Position numbers and translations under genes: made by a program | In this document: positions 41,697-55,011 of the stretch, piece by piece | Layout: every line of letters begins with the position of its first letter | How positions within the stretch are numbered: the stretch's first letter is position 1 | Notes under the pieces: generated by a model | What the model was told of the DNA's origin: nothing | Seen by the model: only the letters and a program-made list of their open reading frames with translations | Databases searched by the model: none | Source: Eledone cirrhosa | Lineage: Eukaryota | Assembly: GCA_964016885.1 (NCBI GenBank) | Contig: OZ024753.1 | Span: 10,788,001-10,852,000 of the forward strand | DNA: 64,000 nt | Direction: 5' to 3'

Positions 41697-41826
41697 TACT
41701 GTATTTGCCGGCCTATATTTTGACGTCTATAGGCATTTTTATGGACCACGTCCAATATTCGCGGTTTTTCACTCTTCGCGAGTGCTGTAATAATGTAACC
41801 CCCGCGAATACCGGGAGACAACTGTA
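41697..41826 (-). mobile_element. MITE family B
   Basis: tactgtatttgccggcc...ccgggagacaactgta. Confidence 0.7.
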
Positions 41827-42001
41827 TTTCTAACACCCTAACGACTCTTTCAATTCACCCAATTTTTATTATATTCAAAACAGTCGTAAACAACTACGTT
41901 ACGCAATAACGTTTACGTAATTCGGCTAGAAACCATTTTGTTTTTGTCACAACCTCTTATGTGAGATTTATTTACAATAGTTTATAACGTTGCCTATTGA
42001 T

Positions 42002-42230
42002 CCATATGGTGAGCAAATGGGGTCCCGCGTGCTGGCCTCCCCACAGCCCAGGCGGACAGGATGGAGAAGGCGTTTCCCCGAAGGATGGTAAGGGAGATGC
42101 GCTGGAATAGCCATTCCATCTCGCGAGGCTGACACCTGCAGCTGGCTAGCTCAGCGCCTATGGTGGTAAGTAGGGAGATAACCTTAGGGCCAAAGACACC
42201 AGAAGTCTCCACTGCCAAGGGCACGACCAC
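42002..42230 (-). mobile_element. CRE-clade LINE 3' fragment (restriction-like endonuclease C-terminus)
   Basis: VVPLAVETSGVFGP...LFQRISLTILRGNAFSIL matches the P-A-ET-G--G / QR-S----RGNA motif of CRE elements; ~194 bp (42113-42306) is directly duplicated at 42307-42500. Confidence 0.75.
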
Positions 42231-42950
42231 TCATTACTTACAAAAAACCCCCCAAAAAACCCCTTATGTTCAACATCATTCCACTTCATTAATCATCCAC
42301 GCAGAATTCCATCTCGCGAGACTCACACCTGCGGCTGGCTAGCTCAGCGCCTATGGTGGTAAGTAGGGAGATAACCTTAGGGCCAAAGACACCAGAAGTC
42401 TCCACTGCCAAGGGCACGACCGCTCATTACTTACAAAAATAAAAAACAAAAAAAACCCTTATGTTCAACATCATTCCACTTCATTAATCATCCACGCAGA
42501 ACACCATGTGCTGAACATTTTAAAGATAGTAAAGAAGATATCAATTCTTCATGATAAACTATCTCTCTTATGACATAGCCGAAAGTAACATCTTCGACTT
42601 AGTTATATAAAAGAACTATTTAGACGTAATTTATTACTTCTCCATTCTGTCCGCCGGGGCTGTGGGTGGGCCCCGTCGCATACCAATACATTAGTTAAAT
42701 ACCATTCTTTCATCTGATATATCTCTAAATTATATTTTGTACAATAATAAACGTGGTTTTGTAATTTATTACTTCAAACTTAGTCGATAGCTACACCTAT
42801 GCAGGTTTAGCTGGCCTCCTCCAAGGTATATCTCGTTGGAGGTGTCTTGGGTGATTTAATGATAGGGACCCCAGTCCCTATCATCTCATTTCTACAGCTG
42901 AGTAGGGTTGTACTGGGATACATGTTACCAGTCGCACCAACTGGTGACCT

Positions 42951-42990
<40 letters not shown>

Positions 42991-43069
42991 TACATACATA
43001 TATACATGCATATATACACTACCACTCTTCCTACAGCCGTCGTAGTCTTGTTCAACTCCAACATATACC

Positions 43070-43655
43070 ACATGATATCTCTATATGATATCTCTACATG
43101 ATATCATCTCTACATGATACCATCCCTACATGATATCATCTCTACATATCTCTACATGATATCTCTACATGATGATATCTCTACATGATACCATCTCTAC
43201 ATGATATCATCTCTACATGATATCATCTCTACATGATATCATCCCTACATGATACCATCTCTACATGATATCATCTCTACATGATACCATCTCTATATGA
43301 TACTATCTCTATATGATACCATCTCTATATGATACTATCTCTATATGATACCATCTCTACATGATATCTCTACATGATGATATCTCTACATGGTACCATC
43401 TCCACATGATATCATCTCTACATGGTACCATCTCTACATGATACCATCTCTACATGATATCATCTCTACATGATACCATCTCTACATGATACCATCTCTA
43501 CATGATATCATCTCTACATGATATCATCTCTACATGATACCATCTCAACATGATACTATCTCTACATGATATCATCTCTACATGATATCATCTCTACATG
43601 AAATCATCTCTACATGATATCATCTCTACATGATACTATCTCTACATGATACCAT
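43070..43655. repeat. 16-bp minisatellite
   Basis: catgatatcatctcta / catgataccatctcta. Confidence 0.9.
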
Positions 43656-43739
43656 CATATATATTCCTTATCACCCATTAAGTTGTTATACTTTGTTTTG
43701 GAAACTAAAACCTTACATGTTGTACAGCACATACCAATA

Positions 43740-43881
43740 TACAGTTGTGTCCCGGTATTCGCGGGCTTTACGTTCCTAAAGCACCCGCGAAGAGTGAAAA
43801 ACAGCGAATATTGGACGTGGTCCATAAAAATGCCTATAAATGTCAAAAGATAAGGTAAGATGAAGGCCGGTAAATACAGTA
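43740..43881 (+). mobile_element. MITE family B
   Basis: tacagttgtgtcccggtattcgcggg...ggccggtaaatacagta. Confidence 0.7.
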
Positions 43882-43989
43882 TAGATGCTATAACTTCTAA
43901 CAGACCAAATGAACAAGTGGTCGATTCCTATGGTGGTATGGCCGAGGGTCGGCTTAAAGAACGCTTCTTGAAACATCTATCGACTTGTG

Positions 43990-44106
43990 AAGCTGTATGG
44001 CTTAGTGGTTAGAGCATTGGTCTTGCAATCGAAAGGTTGTGAGTTCAATTCTCAGACCGGGTGATGTGTTGTTTCCTTGAGCAAGAGACTTTATTTCACA
44101 TTGCTC
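43990..44106 (+). mobile_element. SINE head split from its body (42858-42903, opposite strand) by an inversion
   Basis: Comparison with the intact copy at 15048-15218. Confidence 0.7.
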
Positions 44107-44221
44107 ATGTAGAGATATCATGTGGTATATGTTGGAGTTGAACAAGACTACGACGGCTGTAGGAAGAGTGGTAGTGTGTGTTTGTGCGTGTTCGTGTGCC
44201 TGTATATTTGTATGTGTGCAT

Positions 44222-44275
<54 letters not shown>

Positions 44276-44435
44276 CATGTACAGGGACTAAGAGTTGGTA
44301 TTGCTTATTAATAAAATCTGATTTCTCTGTATCGATGCGTTCGTATGTGCGTGTGTATGCATGCATGCATGTATATATGCATGTATATATGTATGTATAT
44401 ATGTATGTATATATGTATATATATATATATATATG

Positions 44436-45019
44436 TCAGGTCACCAGTTGGTGCGACTGGTAACATGTATCCCAGTACAACCTGTCTCATGGTCGGGTCG
44501 TTGGCGACTAAACTGGCAACCCCACCAAGGTTTCTTGGTGAGGAGGGTGACTTTGGACATCCTGCAGGACTAAAAACAAAACCTGTCAAAGGGCAAAGGA
44601 GCTCTTAAAAGTCAATGGCCATCCAAAAATCACCGGGAGAGATGACCCCTTAGCCTTTGTCAAGGCAGAATTCTAGGAGAAGGAAAACTCTGATATAACA
44701 CCTGCAACCCTGATGGTATCCAATGATGTTGACTTGTTCTTCTTTTTGGTAAATATCATCTTGGTTAAGAGAGTGGGACTGGCTTTGTGCAGTGCCTTTG
44801 CTCACTATAAAAGCTTCACGGCACAGGCATTGCTTTATATCTGGAGATCTCTCTGCACTTGTCATCACATGGTACCATGGGCCCAGCACTATGTGTCAAT
44901 AATTGTCACAAGTGTAGTGTTTGTACCAGAGTTTTCAAGTCGCTTGCTGGACTAAAACGTCACACTCGTTCAGCGCATCGGTAGGGGTTCTCCTACATGG
45001 ATATAAAGGTGACCTGACA
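44436..45019 (+). mobile_element. Non-autonomous RTE-derived element (~600 bp)
   Basis: Contains the RTE 5'UTR-like motif ctaggagaaggaaaactctga and a terminal zinc-finger remnant (CSVCTRVFKSL-GL...H). Confidence 0.65.
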
Positions 45020-45760
45020 TATATATATATATATACACACATATAAGTAGAGTGACGTGTGTATTAGAGAAGTTGGCTATTAATTTGCTCCATACTTTCT
45101 TTAATCAGGAATTCCCTCTAGACATGGTTATAGCAGTGAGAGGCAGATCATAACAACAACAGTAGCAGCACCACCAGTAGTAGTAGTAGTAGCAGTAACA
45201 GCAGCAGCAGTGGCAGCAGTGGCAACAGTAACACCACCACCAGTAGTAGTAGCAGCAGCAGCAACAGTACCACCACCACCCTCACCACCACCACCACCAC
45301 CACCCTCACCACCACCAACACCACCACCACCACCCTCAACACCACCACCACCACCACCACCACCACCCTCACTACCACCACCACCACCACCACCACCATG
45401 TCACTAAACCCACTTGCCCTACTCTAATATTCTATGAAACCTTCTTAAACAATCTCACAGATATCAGTTTTCGAGGGGAGTGGAGGGAGGGGGAGGGGGG
45501 GGGGGTTATGTAAGAGGGACACAATACACTTGTCTCAATATATGACAGGAATATAATGGTGATGGTGGTGGTGGTGTTGGTGGTGGTGGTGGTGGTGGTG
45601 TTGGTGGTAGTGGTGATGGTGGTGGTGGTGGTGGTGGTGGTGGTAGTGGTGGTGGTGGTGGTGGTGGTGGTGTTGGTGGTAGTGGTGATGGTGGTGGTGG
45701 TGGTGGTGTTGGTGTTGGTGGTAGTGGTGGTGGTGGTGGTGGTGGTGGTGGTGGTGGTGG

Positions 45761-45791
<31 letters not shown>

Positions 45792-46361
45792 GGTGGTGAG
45801 GCTGGTGGTAGTGATGTTGGTGGTGGTGGTGGAGGTGATTGTGGAGGTGGTGGTGATTGTGGTGGTGATGGTGGTGGTGGTGGTGGTGGTGTTGGTGGTG
45901 GTGAGGCTGGTGGTAGTGATGTTGGTGGTGGTGGTGGTGGTGGAGGTGGTGATTGTGGTGCTGGTGGTGGTGAGGGTGGTGGTGATTGTGGTGGTGGTGG
46001 TGTTGGTGTTGGTGGTGGTGAGGGTGGTGTTGGTGGTGGTGGTGTTGGTGGTGGTGAGGGTGCTGATCGTGGTGAGGGTGGTGATGGTGATGGTGGTGGT
46101 GATGGTGGTGGTGATGGTGGTGAGGCTGGTGGTAGTGATGTTGGTGGCGGTGGTGATGGTGGTAGTCGTGGTGGTGGTGATGGTGGTGTTTGTGGTGGCG
46201 GTGATGGTGGCAAGGATGGTGGTGTTAATGATGATGAAAGCCTTGATGATGATGATGATGGGGGGGGGGGGCGGTGGTGATAATGATGCTGATGGTGAGG
46301 ATTTGGAAATTTCGAGGATGGTGATTGTGATGGTAATGATGATCGTGGTGTTGATGATGAC

Positions 46362-46395
<34 letters not shown>

Positions 46396-48184
46396 GTGAT
46401 GATGATAGTGATGATGATGATGGTGATATCATCAGTAACAATACCAATTGTTTCTACCACAGTCATAACCTTACAAATATGTAGTGTGAGGTGTGTGTGT
46501 GTGGGGGGGGGGGGATAACATCGCTCAGGTCATTGACACAATTCCATCTACGCATTTTCCTCTTCAAATTATTCAACCATAAATTCTACACTATATATAT
46601 GTGTGTGTACATATGTATGTATGTATGCAGAGAGATGACCCCCTTAGCCTTTGTCAAGGCGGAATTCTAGGAGAAGGAAAACTCTGATATAACACCTGCA
46701 ACCCTGATGGTATCCAATGATGTTGACTTGTTCTTCTTTTTGGTAAATATCATTTGGTAAATATCATTTGGTAAATATCATCGGTAGGAGTTCTCCTACA
46801 TGGATATAAAGTAGTGGCCGTACTCGAAAACGAGTTGGCAGCCACCATATTTGTTTGTATGTATATATATGTATATTTGTATGTACGTATGTATATTTGC
46901 ATGTATTAATGTATGTATATATGCTTATTTGTATGTATTTATGTATGTATATATATGTTTATTTTCATGTACTTATGTATGTATATATGTATATTTGTAT
47001 GTATGTATGTATGTATGTATATATGTATATTTGTATGCATGTATGTATGTATGTATATATGTTTATTTGTATGTATGTATACATATTTGCCTGTATGTAT
47101 TTATGTATGTATGTATTATAGGATTGTATGTCTTTGTTTGTATGCATGTATGTATGTCTATGTGTGTATGTATATGTGTATGTATGTATATATACATGTA
47201 TAGGCATGCATCTCTATATGATTCCATGTATGTATATATATCTGTATGTATGTATGTATGTGTATATACGTATGTTTGCGTTTATGTACATTTCCATGTA
47301 TGTATGTATATCTGTGTGTATGTATGTATATGCATGAATGTCTCTATGTACGTATATATGTATGTGTGTGCATGTATGTATGCCTGTATATGTCTATATA
47401 TGTGTGTGTATGTATGTATGCCTGTATATGTCTATATATGTGTGTGCATGTATGTATGCCTGTATATGTCTATATATGTGTGTGCATGTATGTATGCCTG
47501 TATATGTCTATATATGTGTGTGTATGTATGTATGCCTGTATATGTCTATATATGTGTGTGTATGTATGTATGCCTGTATATGTCTATATATGTGTGTGTA
47601 TGTATGTATGCCTGTATATGTCTATATATGTGTGTGTACGTATATTTCGTTGTTTACTAACAAAGTACTTTTCCTGACATTGCTTTCTAAGCAACTATAA
47701 TAAAAATTTAATATTATTACTATCGAATATTACATAACATACACAAGCTGTAGGTTGTGTTGATAGATCCGTGTGAGCATTGAAACCCGCCCTCCTCTAC
47801 ACAAAACAAAAACCACCATGTAGTATTAAGTTACGAAACTTTCCTAATTTGAAAGTCTTCTGAGTACTAAATTTACTTTTAGTCGTAACTACATATCGAG
47901 ATATAAAATAGTTTTGCCAAGTTGGGTATTTATGTAATCTAAAGGAAAGTATTTATACTTTATCCACAACATTCACAGCGTTAATTACTATAGTGATGAC
48001 AAGAAGAAGCTGATTTTAACAGTTTACTGAGAGAATATTTTATAGTCTATAGATTTCCCCTGTGGCTTCGACACATTTAGAACTTACATGATCATATTCC
48101 ATTCCATGTCATAATAAAAATCATGATTGATTATTCTCTTAGGCAAGTTTTATAAGTGAAGAAGCTGAAATTGCTTGGATAAAC

Positions 48185-48238
<54 letters not shown>

Positions 48239-49254
48239 TATTTATATATGAGAGTGAGGTAAATAGATAGATATATAGATAGATGCATACATGCATATAG
48301 ATATAGACACACATACACATATACACACATACACGTATATACACAAATACACGCACACACACACACACGCACACATATATATATATAGTTACATATATAT
48401 AGAGATATACATATATATATATATATACACAAATATATTTAGAGAGATTGATAGATAGATAAATAGATACATATATATATAGAGAGAGAGATAGATAGAT
48501 AGATATACACACATATATATATATATATGGTGGCCGCCAACTCGTTTTCGAGTACGGCCACTACTTTACATCCATGTAGGAGAACCCCTACCGATGCGCT
48601 GAACGAGTGTGACTTTTTAGTTCAGCCAGCGACTTGAAAACTCTGGTACAAACACTACACTTGTGAAAATTATTGACACATGGTGCTGGGCCCATGGTAC
48701 CGTGTGACGACAAGTGCAAAGAGATCTCCAGATATAAAGCAATGCCTGTGCCGTGAAGCTTTTATAGTGAGCAAAGGCACACACATATATATACATAAAT
48801 ATAAAACAACATTCAAACAAAAATAACAATAGCAATCTTTAGAGAATTGCAACCCAAACTATATTATCATAAATATTACAGGAAACCTTAAAAAATACGA
48901 CAAAAAAAAAAGGTAGGAGTTGATCCAGTCAAGTGTGACGAAAAGAGAAGAGATGCATGTCAGATATGCTTCGGTGAAGATGTGCAACTATTCAGGGGAG
49001 AACACTCAGTATTCAAAGAACAACCAGGTTTAGAATTAGTTTTGGGTTGTTTATATATATATATATACACACATATATATATATATATACCTATATATAT
49101 ATATATAAACATATACATATATAGACACACACATAAACCTGCATATATATATATATATATATATTTATATACATACACACACTCACATACAAACATACAT
49201 AAACACATACACACACACATCCTATTTATACATACATATATACACATACATATT

Positions 49255-49293
<39 letters not shown>

Positions 49294-49294
<1 letters not shown>

Positions 49295-49440
49295 GGCATC
49301 TGTCTGGAACTAGCTGTTGAAACAGCATCATCTTAGCCGTCGAGTCCGGACTCTTTATAAAATAACCATACTCTACTACTTCAAGTATAGAGTACTCTTT
49401 TGAGTAACGGTCTAACCAGATTCAAACTGAATCCATCCTG

Positions 49441-49442
<2 letters not shown>
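49294..49442 (+). mobile_element. Family 1 related copy without inverted arm
   Basis: ctagctgttgaaacagc...gccgtc...actctactacttcaagtatagagtactc tail; in (TA)n. Confidence 0.55.
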
Positions 49443-49469
<27 letters not shown>

Positions 49470-49471
<2 letters not shown>

Positions 49472-49660
49472 ACTGTTTCTACGTTCGGCACAAGGCCAGC
49501 AATTAACCAGTGCATTACTGGTACTTTATTTTATCGACCACGTAAGGATGAAAGGCAAAGTCAACCTCGGCGGGATTTGAACTCGGAATGGCAAGGGCCG
49601 TAACTCTATACGTCAAAGCATGGCGTCCGACCCTCTACCAATACTGCCAATCCACCGCCC
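49470..49660 (-). mobile_element. Same SINE family (further copies ~49953-50085, 53030-53190, 60487-60625, 60727-60885, 61400-61505, 63425-63640)
   Basis: Direct similarity to consensus. Confidence 0.75.
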
Positions 49661-49682
49661 TATATATATATATATATATATA

Positions 49683-49889
49683 TAACGAAGGAAATGTGGT
49701 AAGGCACCAGATGGACCATAACGCACCAAAGTACTCAATACTTAGGGTAGTAGAGTGGGTAATAGGAACGAGTAGGACCCCGACGGCTGAGCTCAAGCCG
49801 TTTCGACGGCTAATTCTTTTTTTTTTTTTTTTTAGTCCAGAATTAGCCGTCGAAACGGCTTGAGCTCAGCCGTCGGGGTCCTACTCGTT

Positions 49890-49893
<4 letters not shown>
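49683..49893 (-). mobile_element. Hairpin+tail insert, family 1, with T/A homopolymer at the fold-back junction
   Basis: Near-perfect arms 49763-49817 / 49834-49893 separated by a T run; tail on the left; (TA)n both sides. Confidence 0.7.
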
Positions 49894-49956
<63 letters not shown>

Positions 49957-50131
49957 GTTTCTACTTTAGGCACAAGGCCAGCAATTACCCAGTGCATTAC
50001 TGGTACTTTATTTTATCGACCACGTAAGGATGAAAGGCAAAGTCAACCTCGGCCGGATTTGAACTCAGATCGTAAAAGACGTAATATATATATATAATAT
50101 AAGATCAAAATATGGTTAAAAGAGTTCCAAG

Positions 50132-50202
50132 TATTTTATTATGCGCATTTCAAAAACAAATATCATCATGGGATGATATCTGCGTTTTCATCAGATAAAA
50201 TA
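50132..50202 (-). ncRNA. Minimal type I hammerhead ribozyme motif, Penelope-like-element style
   Basis: Minus strand reads TATTTTAT-CTGATGA-AAACGCAGATATCATC-CCAT-GATGATATTTGTTTTT-GAAA-TGCGCA-TA-ATAAAATA: 8-bp stem I, intact core, ~16-bp stem II, minimal stem III with palindromic TGCGCA, AUA cleavage triplet. Confidence 0.8.
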
Positions 50203-50342
50203 GGGATACATGATATGAAGCTTATAAAACACTTGTGAATAGTGAAGTTTTAAATCAACATATTATGCTACTTATCCGATATTTGCATTGCTTTATTGTG
50301 CTACAATAAAACTCACCTCCTACACACACATATATATATATA

Positions 50343-50534
50343 TATGAAGGATTCGGGAGACCGATGGCCGAGCTTCTGCCGTTTCAACAGTTAGATTCGG
50401 ATCTAGCTGTTGGAACAGCAGAAGCTCAGCTGTCGGGGTCCCGAATCCTTCATATTAACCACTCTACTACTCCAAGTATCGAGTACTCTCGTGAGTAAAT
50501 GGTCAAACTGATTTTTACTGCATCCATTCTGATC
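50343..50534 (+). mobile_element. Hairpin+tail insert, family 1, divergent copy
   Basis: tatgaaggattcggga... / ...tcccgaatccttcata arms plus shared cactctactac...gagtactc tail. Confidence 0.65.
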
Positions 50535-50538
50535 TCTC

Positions 50539-50582
<44 letters not shown>

Positions 50583-50865
50583 TATATGTATAATAATAAT
50601 TACTATATTTATATATATATAATCTATATACAATTATAAATAAGATAAGGGTAATATTTTGTATGTATTACCCAATTAACAAGAAACGGTCGTCAGCAAT
50701 TAAATGCATTAAACAAAAATTTGATTGTTTTCCATGTGTGTATATGTATATATATATATATATATATATAGGTGTGTGTGTGTGTATATATATACATTTA
50801 TATATATATATATATAAATGAAAGTATAGAAATTATTGTGAGCGTGAAGCCAACAGTATTTCATA

Positions 50866-50908
<43 letters not shown>

Positions 50909-51769
50909 TACCTACATACACAAACATACACACACATACCTACATACACAAACATACACACACTACACACACCTGAGAATGGTGCCCAGCACTATAGAAG
51001 CTATTGAATATGATATATAAAGAGCGTGGGTGGTTGTAGGCCTTTGTTGATTGTGGGTTAGTTAGATTTCAACAGACTTCAACAGCTTGTTAGTTGTTAG
51101 TAGCTGGAACCATGATACTTTAATGATAAGGTAATCATGTAGCCATGATATTTACCACCAGTATTTGAAATTTACTTCTTATCATGGAAACATTACTTGT
51201 TCCAGCGATACCTTGCACCAATTTCCTGTGAAAGTTAAGAGTTTGTTATACATTGTATCACATTTAATAGCAGCTGTCTGCCATTTGGGAGTGGATCCCC
51301 ATTGCTGTCAGTCCTCTATCTGTATACGTAGTTCCACCGTCCATACAGTGAAGATGGCCAAACGAACTGGCAGATATTCAACATAGCCAATCAGCCTAAA
51401 CCCTATTGAAAGCCTTCAATGAAGGGAGTCTTTAGTAAAGACTGAGAAATTGAACAAATGCCAGCGACATATTCAATATTACTTTAAATTCGTATATCAA
51501 ATAATGGTTCAATGCCATGAACTATAAAGGCAAGATGGGCAATTTGCCCAGTCCCCCCCCCCCCCAAAAAAAAATACACACGCACGCACAAGCAAACAAG
51601 CTGTGTTTGAGTCTATAATATAGTTTTAACTATACGGAGTCACAGTTGGTATCTTGCCTAAAAAATAGACACAATAGATAATTTAATCCAAGATACAATA
51701 TTCCCGAAAAATAGAAAAAAAGAACAGCAAATGACGAGGTGGTCACGGATTGACTTCTTCTTTGACGCT

Positions 51770-52650
51770 AACCTCCGCCAGTTTCAGACTGGGCATCAAC
51801 ATGAAATATTTTTCTCCACAAAGTTCGATCACCAACAGCAGAGTTTAAAGAGCAAAGATGAAGTCCAGTCCATAAGTTGACATTTGCGGTTGTACCCCTG
51901 GCAGTGGAGACTTCTGGTGTCCTCGGCCCTAGGGCTACCCCCCTACTCACCACCATAGGCGCTGAACTGGCCAGCCGCAGGTGTGAACCCCGCGAGTTGG
52001 AGTGGCTTTTCCAGCGCGTCTCCCTTGCCGTCCTCCGGGTGAACGCCTTCTCATTCCATATTTAGGTATCTGTGTTCTCACATGTAGACGCACGTCCTTT
52101 ACCATAGTGTTGTGTCCCTAAACGAAGTTTGTTTGCTAAGCTGTTAAGTATCTCAACGGACAGTGAGTTGACATTAGCAAGCCATCGTTTTGGCTGCGGG
52201 CCTCTGCTTCTCTTACCAGCCAATCTTCCTTCCAGGAATATATAATACCTTTCGATCACCAACAGCAGAGTTTCAAGAGCAAAGATCAAGTCCAGTCCAT
52301 AGGTTGACATTATCAAGCCATCGTTTTGGCTGCCGGCCTCTGCTTCTCTTACCAGCCAACCTTCCTTCCAGGCATAACCTACTCACACCACGAGTTGATC
52401 TTTTTATATGAAAGTTTGAGTACTTTTGACTTGACAATTGATGTAATTGGTCTAAGTCTGGTAATGTTGAGCAGCTCACTGATACAGATACGGTCGCTGA
52501 GTCGCTTGCCAGTCATAAGTCTCATGATGTGGTTCTGGAATGTAGAAAGCTTCTGAAGTGACCTTGTCGTTCAATTAACACAGTCAAGACCATATAACAC
52601 AACTGGTACGATGTGAGTATCAAATGATAGGAAGCTCGTTTTGATGTTAG
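51770..52650 (-). mobile_element. Decayed, rearranged RTE-clade LINE 3' region
   Basis: Minus frames give VPVVLYG...KLSTFQNHIMR...DRI... and LEGRLAGKRSRGRQPKRWLDNVNLWTG, typical of RTE C-termini; internal pieces duplicated. Confidence 0.75.
51883..52035 (+). mobile_element. CRE-clade LINE fragment inside an RTE remnant
   Basis: FAVVPLAVETSGVLGP...EWLFQRVSLAVLRVNAFS. Confidence 0.75.
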
Positions 52651-53403
52651 TACTTCCTTGTCACGGACTGAATGTCACGCTAAATACTAACGTGGTAATC
52701 AACGACGACAACATCAATAATAATAATCCCTTGATGTGGTATATAGTAGAGTACTTTGTTTCAAGTTGAATCATTGGTGTAGTTAGTTGAACGTCTTAAC
52801 ATCATCCCTACCAATTCTGAGATCAAATATAGTAGTTGTTGGTGTTGCTGTAGCTGTCCGTGTTGCTGTAGCTGTCGGTGTTGTTGTTGTGTAACCTAAG
52901 GAGTGTTTCTATCGTATCTAACTCGTCAGTAGAACACCTGTGTAACCCACCAATCTGATTATACTACACTTCCCTCCGGTTGAGGACCATATCGAATATA
53001 TTGATACACAACTGTTATAGCTATTATAAGGTAGTGGATTGGTAGTAATCGGTAGAGCGTCGGACATGATTTGCAGTATTTAGTTACGGCCCTTTACGTT
53101 CTCAGTTTAGAAACTCTGCCGAGGTTAGCTTTGCCTTTCATCCTTGCGGAGTTGATAAAATAAAATACCAGTAATGCACAGGGGTTGATTCAATCGAGAC
53201 ATTCCCAAAGAGAGCGAGGACGAGAAAGAGAGAGAGGGAAAAAAAGGAGAGAGAGGGAGAGGAGAGAGGGAGGGAGAGAGAACCAGAGAGAGAGAAAGAA
53301 CGAGAGAGAGAACCAGAGAGAAAGAGATAGAGAGAGGGGGGATAGATGAGAGAGAGAGAGGAGAGAGAGAGAGGAGAGAGAGAGAGAGGAGAGATAGAGA
53401 GAG

Positions 53404-53434
<31 letters not shown>

Positions 53435-54143
53435 TAGAGAGAGGAGAGATAGAGAGAGGAGAGAGAGATAGGAGAGAGAGAGGAGAAAGAGAGGAGAGAG
53501 AGGGGGAAAGAGAGGAGAGAGAGGGTGGAAAGAGAGGAGAGAGAGAGGATAGATAGATAGAGAGAGAGAGAGGGGAGAGAGAGGAGAGAGAGAGAGAGAA
53601 AGAACGAGAGAGAGAGAAAGAACGAGATAGAGAAAGAATGAAAGAGAGAGAGAGAACCAGAGAGAGAGAGAGAGAGGAGAGAGAGAGGAGAGAGAGGAGA
53701 GAGAGAGAGAAAGAATGAAAGAGAGAGAGAGAGAGAAAGAATGAAAGAGAGAGAGAGAACCAGAGAGAGAGAAAGAACGAGAGAGAGAGAGAGGCAGAAG
53801 AAAGAAAATGAATCCACCTCGGTTTTTGTTAGGATCTTTATCAAGCACGAAAAAGAAAAGAAAAAAAAAAAAAAAAAAGGAAAAACCAAGCAGAGAAGAT
53901 GTCTGCAGGATTGGACGTCAGAGAGGCGGAACAACTACCACAAGGCACTCTAACTGATGCTCCTATAACTCTTGTGATTTCCCATAAAATCCTATTTTAA
54001 CCACATGACTTCCGTGCATCGTTGAACAAGACACAGCAGCATTGTGATTGGTCAGAATGTTGTCCTTCGATCTGTCGTCTCTGTTTTAATATCTATCTAT
54101 TTGTTTGTATGAATATGTGTGTACACACACACGCACACAGACA

Positions 54144-54185
<42 letters not shown>

Positions 54186-54201
54186 TATATACGAGTATAT
54201 A

Positions 54202-54243
<42 letters not shown>

Positions 54244-54305
54244 CGAGTATATAGACACACACACACACACACACAGACACTCACACATATATATATCTGT
54301 ATGTA

Positions 54306-54354
<49 letters not shown>

Positions 54355-54420
54355 GTGTGTGAGTGTGTGTATATATATATATATACACACACACACTCAC
54401 ATACACACACACACATACAC

Positions 54421-54462
<42 letters not shown>

Positions 54463-55011
54463 CTATATATATCTGTGTGTGAGTGTGTGTGCATATATAT
54501 ACACACTCACATACACACACATATATATATCTATATATATCTGTGTGTGAGTGTGTGTGTATATATATATATATATATACACACTCACATACACATATAC
54601 ATATATATATATATATAACAGCCATGACTGGTAAGTCAGCCATAACTTCCCTCTTACATTTGCTACAGTCAGTATTTAATCTTGCAGAACATTGACTGTG
54701 TATGTGTGTGTGTGTGTGTTTGTTTATGTATGTATTTATGTATGTATGTGTTTATGTATGTATGTGTTTGTGTATGTATGTCTTTGTGTATGTATGTCTT
54801 TGTGTATATGTACGTATGTATGTATGTTTGTATATGTGTATATGTACGTATGTATGTGTTTATGTATGTATGTTTTTATGTATATATGTATGTGTTTATG
54901 TATTGTTTGTGTATGTATGTCTTTGTGTATATGTACGCGTGTATGTTTGTATGTATGTATGTATGTATGTATGTATGTATGTATGTATGTATGTATGTAT
55001 GTATGTATGCA

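Noticed and set aside
53890-54080. Possible promoter (ATTGG boxes, GACGTCA)
   Set aside because: Short motifs only; cannot be supported without TSS data.
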